DNA of 64,000 nt from Methanocella sp. (GTDB lineage: Archaea > Thermoproteota > Bathyarchaeia > Bathyarchaeales > Bathycorpusculaceae): positions 96,001-160,000 of the forward strand of contig JBLNCY010000010.1 in NCBI GenBank assembly GCA_050261115.1, read 5' to 3'. The position numbers and the translations under genes were made by a program. Shown piece after piece: positions 37,498-47,113 of the stretch. Numbering within the stretch: position 1 is the stretch's first letter; each line of letters starts with the position of its first letter. The notes under the pieces are model-generated. The model was not told where the DNA came from. It saw only the letters and a program-made list of their open reading frames with translations, and did no database searches.

Positions 37498-38352
37498 ATG
37501 CACACAAAAAAGCTCTCAATCGTCATCCCCGCCTCGGTTATCTCGGATACGCCGCATTTACGGGAGAAAACCGCCAAGATAGGCATAATCGCTCGATCAG
37601 CAGCTATCTTTAGAGTAGACGAAATCATAGTTTACCCCGACAACCTTAAAGCCGACCAACGCCGCGACCTAGCATTCATCGAGCTGATACTTAACTACCT
37701 CGAGACACCTCAGTACCTTCGTAAAGCCCTCTTCAAACTTGACCCCGACCTACAATACGCCGGCATTCTCCCCCCACTACGTACGCCCCACCATCCTGTA
37801 AGCGGAAAAACAAAACACCTCAAAGTAGGCGAATACCGCGAAGGCGTCATCCTATCGGAGCGTAAAGACGGCCTCTCTGTTGATATTGGGGTACAGCAAC
37901 CGGCGCTGATTAGACAAAAACAATTCTCTGTTGGCGAGCGTATAACTGTTCAGGTGGTTAAGGTTGGTGCCCCAGTGGAGGTGCAACCTGTCGACCGCAG
38001 TGAGGTGCCCCTATATTGGGGTTATACCGTTCGCGTTGAGAAGCGCACGTTTGGGCAACTTATGAGCGCCGGCGAGTTTGATTTAAGAATCGCTACTGCA
38101 AGAATAGGTGACCCGTTTATGGCATTAGTCGATGGAATTGCCGAGCGCTGGACAGAAAGTGGTAGCGTGTTGTTGGCGTTTGGGGCTCCGTCGCGTGGAT
38201 TGCATGAAATCGCTGCTGACGAGCACTTAAAACTTGAGGATATCGCCGACTTTATTGTGAATACGATTCCAAATCAGGGAACGGCTACAGTGCGTGCAGA
38301 AGAGGCGCTTTTAGCCTCCTTGGCACTCTTTAATGCTCATTTCAGCTATTAG
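37498..38352 (+). CDS. SPOUT RNA methyltransferase (MTH1/DUF171 family)
   Basis: IARSAAIFRVDEI, YLETPQYLRK, GILPPLRTPHH and NTIPNQGTATVRAEEA motifs. Confidence 0.85.
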   Translation: MHTKKLSIVIPASVISDTPHLREKTAKIGIIARSAAIFRVDEIIVYPDNLKADQRRDLAFIELILNYLETPQYLRKALFKLDPDLQYAGILPPLRTPHHPVSGKTKHLKVGEYREGVILSERKDGLSVDIGVQQPALIRQKQFSVGERITVQVVKVGAPVEVQPVDRSEVPLYWGYTVRVEKRTFGQLMSAGEFDLRIATARIGDPFMALVDGIAERWTESGSVLLAFGAPSRGLHEIAADEHLKLEDIADFIVNTIPNQGTATVRAEEALLASLALFNAHFSY

Positions 38353-39586
38353 CTACAGCCATCAATTCCGTGAACTATTTAGTAAAGGGATAAATTCTTC
38401 CGAACTCTTATTTTTGGGCATGCCCACCTTGGACGTTGCTATGCCGACTGCCCTTCTACTGGTAGTGCTAGTTGCTCTGTTTCTAAACAAACGTGTTGAA
38501 GGAAAATTGGCGGCATCTGTTGAGCAGAAGGAATTCAAAACACGCGACATCCTTCTGTTGGTTGTGTTCATTGTAGTTATGGTCTCAGTTATCGCCTATA
38601 CCTCTATGGTTAACGCGGGGGGCATCTTTGAAAACGTTCTGCTGGTGATGTTTTTATCCTCCTACACTATGCTGCTGTTCACGTTCTCATACATATTTGC
38701 CAAAGTAACCCGTGCACGTGCACAACTTCTATCGATAGGATTTGGATTCATAAGTTTAGTCGCGGCAATAGCAAGTCTAATGGAACCATTCGCAGATGAA
38801 TTCACCTTTTACCGCGTGGCAGCGTTTGCGGTGCTGGCGGCTTGCTGTTTTGCTGTGGCGGCCTATGAGCAACTGAAAAAGGTTGGTAAACCCCGATGGT
38901 ATCTTGCGGTTCAACCTCCCGCCCTATTCCTGCTGCTGTTTGTTTTCTTTAGAATAATCTACACGGGTCAAGCGGTCGTATGGTATCCAATACTGCTGGA
39001 CGTTTTTGGGTGTACGTTTGCGATTTTAATCATCCTCTATCTTAGCTCGATGTTCTCTTGGAAGACTGTAGGCATATTTGCAGTTCTGCTTACCATAATT
39101 GATATGGTGCTGGTTTTCGGTGGCCCTATGACTCAAGCTGCCGGAACATTCACAGATCTGGGTTTGCCCGTGCTGATTTATTTGCCCAACATTCCACTGC
39201 TAGAAGCAAAAGAGGGCGCACTGAACTTCTTTGGTTACGGTGTGCGCGGTCTTGGATTAGGCGACTTTTTCTTTGCCGGCATTCTGGCTATTCAAACCTT
39301 CAAAAAATTCGGCAACAAAACCGCCTTAACCTCAGTTGTAGCAATGGTTGTCGCGTTTGGTATCTGGGAAGCTTTCCTGCCTGAATTGATTGCGTTGCTG
39401 TCTCCAATCTTTTATCCGATTGCCGGAAAAGCGCTCACTGGATTCCCGGGAACCTTGATGATAATAAGTGGCTGGGCCCCAGTTGTAGCGATTAAACTTT
39501 ATTTTAACCGTAGAAACGCCAAAAAATTGCCCCCTCAAGGCGCAACGGACCCTCTGGCGCCTATGACAGCGGCTAATCCAATGTAA
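38333..39586 (+). CDS. Presenilin/signal peptide peptidase-like GxGD intramembrane protease
   Basis: Polytopic; TIIDMVLVFGG, GLGLGDFFF and FPGTLM (PAL-equivalent); true start may be near 38420. Confidence 0.7.
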   Translation: MLISAISYSHQFRELFSKGINSSELLFLGMPTLDVAMPTALLLVVLVALFLNKRVEGKLAASVEQKEFKTRDILLLVVFIVVMVSVIAYTSMVNAGGIFENVLLVMFLSSYTMLLFTFSYIFAKVTRARAQLLSIGFGFISLVAAIASLMEPFADEFTFYRVAAFAVLAACCFAVAAYEQLKKVGKPRWYLAVQPPALFLLLFVFFRIIYTGQAVVWYPILLDVFGCTFAILIILYLSSMFSWKTVGIFAVLLTIIDMVLVFGGPMTQAAGTFTDLGLPVLIYLPNIPLLEAKEGALNFFGYGVRGLGLGDFFFAGILAIQTFKKFGNKTALTSVVAMVVAFGIWEAFLPELIALLSPIFYPIAGKALTGFPGTLMIISGWAPVVAIKLYFNRRNAKKLPPQGATDPLAPMTAANPM

Positions 39587-39736
39587 GAGAAAGGGTGCGC
39601 CTGCAGATAAGCAGAAATTTGCTAAAGCATAACAGGTTGCATTCTTTTTATTGTTCTTTATACCCTTATCTGTATCAGTTTATAAAAAGCCCTTGATATT
39701 GAAATATTCGGTTGTCTTTGTGAATGTTACTTATTT

Positions 39737-40777
39737 CTATGGTATGGGGGCAACCATTTTAGTTCCAGACATTTTTGTGCTAAATGTTCTTTGGATATGT
39801 GGAGCGCCAAGATAGGGAAATTCGTTTAACACGTCCTTGTGTGGTGCAGTTTTGTCAGCAGTCAATTTGCCATTGAACAATGTCAGAAAGACTCCTTTTC
39901 CATCATCTGAAGGTTTTCTTCCATTTGCAGGATATGCCGCCTCTTTCTTAGGGTCGTATGGCAAAACATCTGGTAATAGACTTCTTGCTGCTGCCTCCGC
40001 ACCTTTCGGAGTGTACCCGCCGGTCTGCTCTAATATGTGTGCAAACATGGGTACAAATTGCTCGTCTTGTGCCGGTTCGCCCTTAAGATATGCCTCTCTT
40101 TGGGCTTCTGCCATAAACGGTGTCTGGGTAGGCCGTGCGCCGCGGTCTACTTGTTCCCAATTACCATTAACCTGCAGTAACGTTCTAACCCATAAGTTCA
40201 ACCTATCTCCATCTCCCAGTTCACTGATAGGCAACTCTAAGGCTATGCTGCAAATGTCTTTATCGATAAACCAATCTTCTCCTGTAAACTGCATTTTATT
40301 CAAAACACCTCCGATGTCAAAGAAGAATGGATCACTACGCCAGCCAGAAAAAAAGCGGTAATCCCCCGACTCTGTCACCTGTGCTTCGCGGCCCATAGAA
40401 ACAGGTACATCCTGTAAGATAATTTTCCCTCCGTCACCTTTTTCGGCAGCTTGTGCTCCTTCTGCTCTACGTACAGTCGCTGCCATGCCCTTTTCTCCGT
40501 TAGCAAAGCGTACTCTATAAGCGATATCTATGTTCATATCCTCATTGGTATCTATCAGTAGCTCGTAAAGGCCCTCAGGTGCAAAAGGCTCACTAGTGGT
40601 TGGCTCTTGTTTGTCAAACGGTTTATTTGGGTCAAACCCGTGAGAAGGATGCATATTCATTATAATAACAGACTTGTTGGCGTTGCCAGGTTTAGGGAAT
40701 GCAAAAAGATCCGTAAAATCCAAGCGGGCATCACCATGGGGAAAACCAAAATTAGGCCCTGAATAATGATGCGTCAT
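39737..40777 (-). CDS. DUF4331 family protein
   Basis: HHYSGP, DFTDLFAF, GWRSDPFFFD, QVDRGARP, NGR and FPYLGAP motifs. Confidence 0.75.
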   Translation of the reverse strand: MTHHYSGPNFGFPHGDARLDFTDLFAFPKPGNANKSVIIMNMHPSHGFDPNKPFDKQEPTTSEPFAPEGLYELLIDTNEDMNIDIAYRVRFANGEKGMAATVRRAEGAQAAEKGDGGKIILQDVPVSMGREAQVTESGDYRFFSGWRSDPFFFDIGGVLNKMQFTGEDWFIDKDICSIALELPISELGDGDRLNLWVRTLLQVNGNWEQVDRGARPTQTPFMAEAQREAYLKGEPAQDEQFVPMFAHILEQTGGYTPKGAEAAARSLLPDVLPYDPKKEAAYPANGRKPSDDGKGVFLTLFNGKLTADKTAPHKDVLNEFPYLGAPHIQRTFSTKMSGTKMVAPIP

Positions 40778-40997
40778 AGAAATTCACCTTTAACATAGGT
40801 GCTCCCAAAATTTGAGCATATGTTTTTGCATAATGTGGCTACAATTTAATCAAATAAGCATTTGTCTCTGTAAATGTTGTTTCTTAATCTATGGTCTTTA
40901 ATCCTGATTCCTAGGTCCATAGCGTCCATGGACGTTTCTTAGCATGTTAGATAATTAAGGTTGGATACGGTATAGGAGCTAGATAGACAAAACCCAC

Positions 40998-41308
40998 AGC
41001 TTCAACTGCAGCTAGTGGAGGCAACAGCAAGACAGCTAGCGAATAGGCTCAAGAAGAGGTAGGCGACAATGCAAGCGGTAACACAACCCAAGGTACAGCA
41101 ACACAACAGTATGCTAGCGAGCCAATAGAAATTGATCGCACAGTGTTACTGCGCTACCGGAAAAAATGCGTCACCATCGAAAATATCAGAAGTGCTTGCC
41201 GATACTGCTAACTGTTACATCGAAAGGCAAGGCACGCCAAGACTTGAGCGTGAAAGCTACGATGCTTTGCTTTCAAAGTATATGAAAATCTTTAGGAAGC
41301 GCAAGTAA
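40998..41308 (+). pseudogene. Possible decayed tyrosine-integrase C-terminal remnant
   Basis: Broken frames giving QNP..., ATM... and terminal KIFRKRK* 85 nt before the tRNA; weak resemblance only. Confidence 0.3.
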
Positions 41309-41392
41309 GCCATGACTTCAAAGAACAATGTGCATATCTCTGAAACAAAGCGCATATATAGGAAGATGCTATATGAGTGGATGCGAAAGTGC

Positions 41393-41470
41393 GGGCCGGT
41401 CGTCTAGCCTGGTTAGGACATCTGCTTGACGTGCAGAAGGTCGCCGGTTCGAATCCGGTTCGGCCCACCA
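41393..41470 (+). tRNA. tRNA-Val(GAC), intron-less, CCA encoded
   Basis: Acceptor GGGCCGG/TCGGCCC, anticodon arm TCTGC-TTGACGT-GCAGA, T arm GCCGG-TTCGAAT-CCGGT, ACCA end; CATATATA upstream. Confidence 0.97.
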
Positions 41471-41504
41471 CCAACAATTTCTAACATTCATATTGTTCTG
41501 GTTG

Positions 41505-42824
41505 CTATATTGGCGGGCTCAAGGCGACTTTAACCTTCTTAGCAGTTAATGGTTCTTGTCGCAATCTTTCTGCACCATACCGCGCGCGAGAACCTAACTC
41601 TTCCTCGATTCGTAGTAGTTGGTTGTACTTTGCTGTTCGTTCTCCTCTGGCTGGGGCACCCGTCTTTATCTGGCCCGTTCCCATCGCCACGGCAAAATCT
41701 GCAATCGTAGCGTCGTCTGTTTCTCCTGAGCGATGGGAGGTAATTGCGGTCCAGCCGTTTGCCTGAGCTAACTTTATTGCTTCGATGCTTTCGGTGACTG
41801 TTCCGATCTGGTTGAGCTTGATTAAGACCGAGTTGGCTGAGCGTTTCGTTATGCCTTGTTCTATTCGGTTGATGTTGGTGACGAAGAGGTCGTCGCCTAC
41901 GATTTGTATGTGGCTGCCGATCTTACGGGTTAACTCCGCAAAGCTTTCAAAGTCCTCTTCATAAAAGGGGTCCTCAATCGAGACTATGGGGTATTTGTCG
42001 GCGATTTCTACCCAGTAATCAATCAATTCTGGTGCAGTCAAGTTTTTGCCGTCGATTTGGTACTGCTTGGTTTGGGGGTTGAAAAATGAGGAAGCCGCAG
42101 GATCCATGGCGAGATAGATGTTGTCTTGGTAACCGGCGGTTTTGATGGCGCTCATGAGGCAATCGAGTGCTTCTTGGGTTTTGGCCATGTTTGGCGCATA
42201 ACCGCCTTCGTCGCCCACGTTTTTGGCGCTGGCTCCATAGCGCTCCTGAACAATCTTTCCCAGCGCGTGGTAGGTTTCAGCTGCCATCCGTAGCGCATCA
42301 TGAAAATTAGGTGCGCCCAAGGGCATTATCATGAACTCCTGAGGCGCCAGTCTGGTTCCCGCGTGTTTCCCGCCGTTTAAGACGTTAAGCATAGGAACGG
42401 GCAGGATGGAGCTTTGTGGGTTGAGACTTAGGTAGAGTGGCTTGTTTTGGCATGCGGCGGCGCATTTTGCTGCGGCCATGGAGGTGGCAACGGTTGCGTT
42501 GGCGCCTAGGTTGGCTTTGTTGCTTGTGCCGTCTAATTCGATGAGGGTTTGGTCGATTTCTTCTTGGTTTGTGCAGTCAAGCCCCTTTATTGCCTGGGCG
42601 ATTTGGTTGTTTACGTTTGCGACTGCTTTCTGTACGCCTTTTCCGCCGAATCGTTTTTTGTCGCCGTCACGGAGCTCGATTGCTTCATGCGTTCCTGTGC
42701 TTGCACCCGAAGGCGCAATGGCGCGGCCAACTGCTCGGTCGGAGTGTACTTCGACTTCTACTGTGGGGTTTCCGCGGGAATCTAAAACTTCTCTGGCTTT
42801 TACTTTTGTAATAGAATAAACCAT
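41505..42824 (-). CDS. eno: Enolase
   Basis: DSRGNPTVEV, PSGASTG, GDEGG, VGDDLF, SHRSGET and KYNQLLRIEE motifs. Confidence 0.97.
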   Translation of the reverse strand: MVYSITKVKAREVLDSRGNPTVEVEVHSDRAVGRAIAPSGASTGTHEAIELRDGDKKRFGGKGVQKAVANVNNQIAQAIKGLDCTNQEEIDQTLIELDGTSNKANLGANATVATSMAAAKCAAACQNKPLYLSLNPQSSILPVPMLNVLNGGKHAGTRLAPQEFMIMPLGAPNFHDALRMAAETYHALGKIVQERYGASAKNVGDEGGYAPNMAKTQEALDCLMSAIKTAGYQDNIYLAMDPAASSFFNPQTKQYQIDGKNLTAPELIDYWVEIADKYPIVSIEDPFYEEDFESFAELTRKIGSHIQIVGDDLFVTNINRIEQGITKRSANSVLIKLNQIGTVTESIEAIKLAQANGWTAITSHRSGETDDATIADFAVAMGTGQIKTGAPARGERTAKYNQLLRIEEELGSRARYGAERLRQEPLTAKKVKVALSPPI

Positions 42825-43392
42825 GGCTAGACCTCTACACGAACCTAAAAGTTACCGCAACTGCTCGTGTGTATGTATGATATTGGTGTGCTAGAATTTT
42901 AGATTAACTCTTAGCTTGCAATGAGCGCTTGTTAGAATGAGGAGCTTTCACTGGCGCTTGTCCACGCCACCCGCTTAATATCTAAGTTGGGCCTCCCGGG
43001 CAATAATTGCGCTTACGGACAGGATACATGTAAGGGGTTTTACGCGTGCATAGCAAGCGGCACTGAGTGAAAGCTATCTATGCCTATAACAATAATCGTT
43101 TATGAGGTTTGTGCACTATAAAAACTGATTCAGAGTTCAGAAAACCAATCCGTAAACCTAAAAGTTATAGATTCTAAAAAATGTCGGCAAATTATTTTTG
43201 CACTCAAATACTGTCTGCCAACCAGAAATCCTGTCTGTAGAGGTTCGTTTTTTGGGTTGGTTATTATTTTTTTGCTTTCATACGTCCATCCGTTGATAAA
43301 GCAACTAGACTGGGTGCTACTTGGCGGCTCTTCTCCATATTTTGGGGGTGGTCTTTGTATGTGCTGGGTTGTTGTTTGCTCGGTGTAACCTG

Positions 43393-43418
43393 GCGATATG
43401 ATTAAATAGTAATGTCGC
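43393..43418. promoter_or_regulatory. Inverted repeat GCGATAT-N12-ATGTCGC flanking an ATTAAATA TATA-like box
   Basis: Read directly; about 25 nt before the ATG at 43444. Confidence 0.4.
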
Positions 43419-43443
43419 TTCCTCTTAACTCCGAGGAAACCCC

Positions 43444-44628
43444 ATGGCATCACCCCAGGAGAGAAAAACAAACTCCAAAGCACTAGCCGCAATAATAATC
43501 GCCATAGTAATAGTCTCACTAACGGTTGTAGCAGCCCAATATTCATTAACAACCTCCCAAACACAAAACAACCTCCCCGACACCGCGCTCAAAATAGTGG
43601 GCAGTAACGGCTCCATAAAAGCCCTTACTGAGGCTGACATCCAAGCACTTCAACCTTATACCGCCCAAGGTGCCCCCCGCTCTGACGGCGTTGTGGGGTC
43701 AATAGCCACCTATACGGGGGTGCCAGTGACGGATCTCGTTGCTTTGGTAGGTGAAATGCAGGTGGGTGAAACCCTCACTGTCACCAGCAAAGATGGCTAC
43801 TCAAACGTTTACAGCTATAACCAAGTTGTAAATGGGCAGGACTTCAAAACATACTCTGCAGACGGAAACACGGCAACCGCAACTCAGCCCCTAAAACTGG
43901 TATTAATCTATAACTTGGATGGAGCTGCTCTTGGAATTGGTGAAGGCCCCCTTATGATTGGTGTCCTAAACCCCGAAGGGTTAGCAACCGATGGCAACCA
44001 GTGGGCAAAGATGGTTGTCAAGCTCACCGTAAACCCGATACCTTCAGCTAGTTCTCAGCCAACAGCAAAACCCGCTGCTACAGCTACAACAGAACCTACC
44101 ACAGGTCCAAGCGCCTCACCCGCTCCCTCAGTCACTTTAGCCGATTGCCAAGTCACCATAATAGGCGCAGACAACACCAGCATAACCCTAAACAAAGAAG
44201 ACCTATTGGCATACACAGCAACTTCGGGTCAGGCGGGAAAATATCGAAGCGACAAGGGAATCTTTGACTACGGAACCTACCAAGGAGTACCAATCACTAC
44301 CTTACTCGACAAGGTTGGCGGGTTCCAAAGTTCCCAAGTTCTAAGCGTCAAAGCAGCAGATGGCTATGTCAAAAATTACACTTACGGCCAGGTAATTGGC
44401 ACTGAATTAACAATGTATGACCCCGCCACTTTATCCGTTGTAAATCCCGAGCATCCGGTGACTACGATCCTTGCTTATGCATTCAATGGTACAAGCGCAA
44501 ACCTTGAGACGTTTAGTGGCGACGGGAAAACTTTTCTGATGATTTCGTTTGTTGGTGAAGATGGGTATGCAACTATCGCTAATCAGTTTGCAAGATTTGT
44601 GACTGAAATCCGTATCTATGACGCTTGA
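43444..44628 (+). CDS. Membrane-anchored surface protein with two tandem Moco-oxidoreductase-like domains
   Basis: N-terminal TM; repeated Y.GVP...L...VG......L.V...DGY...Y.Y.QV units separated by a P/T/A linker. Confidence 0.65.
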   Translation: MASPQERKTNSKALAAIIIAIVIVSLTVVAAQYSLTTSQTQNNLPDTALKIVGSNGSIKALTEADIQALQPYTAQGAPRSDGVVGSIATYTGVPVTDLVALVGEMQVGETLTVTSKDGYSNVYSYNQVVNGQDFKTYSADGNTATATQPLKLVLIYNLDGAALGIGEGPLMIGVLNPEGLATDGNQWAKMVVKLTVNPIPSASSQPTAKPAATATTEPTTGPSASPAPSVTLADCQVTIIGADNTSITLNKEDLLAYTATSGQAGKYRSDKGIFDYGTYQGVPITTLLDKVGGFQSSQVLSVKAADGYVKNYTYGQVIGTELTMYDPATLSVVNPEHPVTTILAYAFNGTSANLETFSGDGKTFLMISFVGEDGYATIANQFARFVTEIRIYDA

Positions 44629-44630
44629 TT

Positions 44631-44660
44631 GGCTTGAGCTAACGCTCAGCCTTCTTTTTT
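44631..44660 (+). terminator. Hairpin plus T-tract terminator
   Basis: GGCTTGAGC-TAAC-GCTCAGCC followed by TTCTTTTTT directly after the stop codon. Confidence 0.55.
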
Positions 44661-44787
44661 AGCGTGATAATTCCAAAGGCGAGGCAAGGCGGGGGGCACT
44701 GTTATGGTACCCTCAACAAAATCCCTTATATATCAGGGACAACAGCTATTCAAGAAGCAAACAATATACTGTTTTCAGTGAAGTAAA

Positions 44788-46404
44788 ATGAGTCAAAACC
44801 AGATGTTCTGTTACCAATGTGAACAAACCGCCCGAGGACAAGGTTGCACCGTAATGGGTGTATGCGGCAAAAACCCTGAAGTAGCAAACTTGCAGGATCT
44901 ACTTGTCTACAAGCTGCGAGAACTCAGCCAACTCGCCATCCTGGCTAACAATGCGGGGATGCGTGACGAGCAAGTCGATGTGTTTACCGCTGAGGCCCTT
45001 TTTGCGACTTTAACTAACGTTAATTTTGATCCACAGGCAATTGCTGCTTACCTCAGAAAAGCCGAACAGTTCCAGCTTCAAATCCAGGCGAAATTATTCA
45101 ACAAAAATCCCTACTTGAAACTTGAACCCACAATCGAGGGTATGGTTGCACAGGGCAGAGCCCACGGCATAGACTCAGAGCCAAACATGGACCCCGACCT
45201 CCACTCACTGCAATGGCTCCTTACTTACGGCTTAAAAGGCGTCGCCGCATACACCTATCACGCTTACTTGCTGGGCAAAAAAGACCCCAAAGTCTTCGAC
45301 TTCCTCTACGAAGGCTTAGCAGCCCCACTTAACAAAGCACTAGACATAAACGCATACATCGGTCTGGTCTTCAAATGCGGCGAAATCAACATCCGCGCCA
45401 TGGAACTGCTCGACGCAGGCAACACCGAACGCTACGGTCACCCAACCCCAACCAAGGTTCCACTAGGCCACAAGAAAGGCAAAGCAATCCTCGTTTCAGG
45501 CCACGACCTAATAGACCTTGAGGAGATTCTCAAGCAGACCCAGGGCAAAGACATCACCGTCTACACCCACGGCGAAATGCTACCCACCCATGGCTACCCC
45601 GGACTAAAGAAGTATCCAAACTTCTATGGCCACTACGGAACCGCATGGCAAAACCAACAAAGAGAATTCGCCCAATTCCCTGGCGCCATCCTCATGACCA
45701 CCAACTGCATCCAGCGCCCAATGGACTCCTACAGCAAAAACATATTCACCTCAGGCCCAGTCGGCTACCCAGGCGTACCACACATCGAGGGCAAAGACTT
45801 TAGCGCAGTCATAAACAAGGCACTCGAGCTACCTGGATTCCAAGAAGACACCGAAGGTAAATCTGTCCTTGTGGGCTTTGGACGCAACGCCGTACTAAGT
45901 GTCGCAGGCAAAGTCATCGAGTCAGTTAAGGCAGGTCACATTAAACGGTTCATACTGGTCGGCGGATGTGACGGCGCAAAACCCGGACGTAGCTACTACA
46001 CCGAACTCGTCGAGAAAGCACCCAGCAACACCATCATATTGACCTTGGCATGCGGCAAATTCCGCTTCTTTGACAAAGAACTAGGAACCATCGACGACAT
46101 TCCAAGACTACTCGACATCGGCCAATGCAACGACGCCTACTCCGCAGTCAAAATCGCGCTGGCACTGGCAGACGCTTTCAAGGTCAGCGTAAACGAACTG
46201 CCACTCTCGATGGTGCTATCATGGTATGAACAGAAAGCATGCGCCATACTGCTGTCTCTGCTATACTTGGGCATAAAAGACATCCGCATCGGACCCAGCC
46301 TACCAGCCTTCATCACGCCAGGCATCCTCAAGGTCCTAGTCGAGAAATTCAACATCATGCCCATCAAAACAGCAGACGAAGACCTCCAAGCCATCATGAA
46401 ATAA
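44788..46404 (+). CDS. hcp: Hybrid cluster protein (hydroxylamine reductase)
   Basis: MFCYQCEQT...GCT..GVCGK, SGHDL, YTHGEM, GGCDG, GQCND and WYEQKA motifs. Confidence 0.97.
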   Translation: MSQNQMFCYQCEQTARGQGCTVMGVCGKNPEVANLQDLLVYKLRELSQLAILANNAGMRDEQVDVFTAEALFATLTNVNFDPQAIAAYLRKAEQFQLQIQAKLFNKNPYLKLEPTIEGMVAQGRAHGIDSEPNMDPDLHSLQWLLTYGLKGVAAYTYHAYLLGKKDPKVFDFLYEGLAAPLNKALDINAYIGLVFKCGEINIRAMELLDAGNTERYGHPTPTKVPLGHKKGKAILVSGHDLIDLEEILKQTQGKDITVYTHGEMLPTHGYPGLKKYPNFYGHYGTAWQNQQREFAQFPGAILMTTNCIQRPMDSYSKNIFTSGPVGYPGVPHIEGKDFSAVINKALELPGFQEDTEGKSVLVGFGRNAVLSVAGKVIESVKAGHIKRFILVGGCDGAKPGRSYYTELVEKAPSNTIILTLACGKFRFFDKELGTIDDIPRLLDIGQCNDAYSAVKIALALADAFKVSVNELPLSMVLSWYEQKACAILLSLLYLGIKDIRIGPSLPAFITPGILKVLVEKFNIMPIKTADEDLQAIMK

Positions 46405-46452
46405 ACAGAAAAAGCCCCCTTTGAGGGGTCAACCATTTTTTCTTTTAACCAT

Positions 46453-47070
46453 TTATGCCTGACTAAAAAACGACGGGTGACTCGATGCAGGCTCTTGTGG
46501 TTTTAGCTGTTTTAGTAGCCACGCCATGTTTTTGCCCAGTGTCGCCATGGTGTCGAGCCCTTCCTCGTCGTTGTTTACGTCGCCTTGCGCTCTTCCGACG
46601 CCGATGTTCCAGTAGGATGAGCCGGGGACAATCATTTCGTTGATTAGGAAGAAGTGGTTTATGGCATCAAAGGTCGGCATTGCACCTGCGCGGCGGACGG
46701 CGACCACTGCGGCGCCGACTTTGCGTTTAAACATGTGGTCGTTACTCATGGCGACGTATCCTGCGCGGTCGATGAGTGCTTTGAGTTCGGGAGTCAACAT
46801 GGAGAAGTATGTGGGTGATCCAAAGATTACTCCATCGGCTTCAATCATTTTCTGTATGTAGCTGTTGATGTTGTCGTTGACGATTTTGCATTGTTTGTTT
46901 TTTAGTTTTCGGCAGGTTCCGCAGGCTATGCAGCCGTGGACTAACTGGCCGCCTAGCTGGATAAATTCGGTTTCTATGCCTTCGGCTTCTAATTCTTTTA
47001 GTACTTGTTTGATTAGAATGGCAGTGTTTCCCTCTGCTCGGGGGCTTCCATTAAACGCGACAACCTTCAT
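46453..47070 (-). CDS. Iron-sulfur flavoprotein (Isf-like flavodoxin family)
   Basis: NGSPR..GNT, CIACGTC.....C, GSPTYF and RRAG motifs. Confidence 0.85.
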   Translation of the reverse strand: MKVVAFNGSPRAEGNTAILIKQVLKELEAEGIETEFIQLGGQLVHGCIACGTCRKLKNKQCKIVNDNINSYIQKMIEADGVIFGSPTYFSMLTPELKALIDRAGYVAMSNDHMFKRKVGAAVVAVRRAGAMPTFDAINHFFLINEMIVPGSSYWNIGVGRAQGDVNNDEEGLDTMATLGKNMAWLLKQLKPQEPASSHPSFFSQA

Positions 47071-47113
47071 GTAACATACCTTGCCTTGTCTAGGGTCAAT
47101 TTGGGATAAAAGA

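Noticed and set aside
41292-41477. 61-aa minus-strand ORF
   Set aside because: It is the antisense of tRNA-Val
42830-43390. Long intergenic region, considered as a possible riboswitch, ncRNA or replication origin
   Set aside because: No recognisable riboswitch core, ORB repeats or adjacent cdc6; ORF 43130..43564 overlaps the next gene and looks spurious
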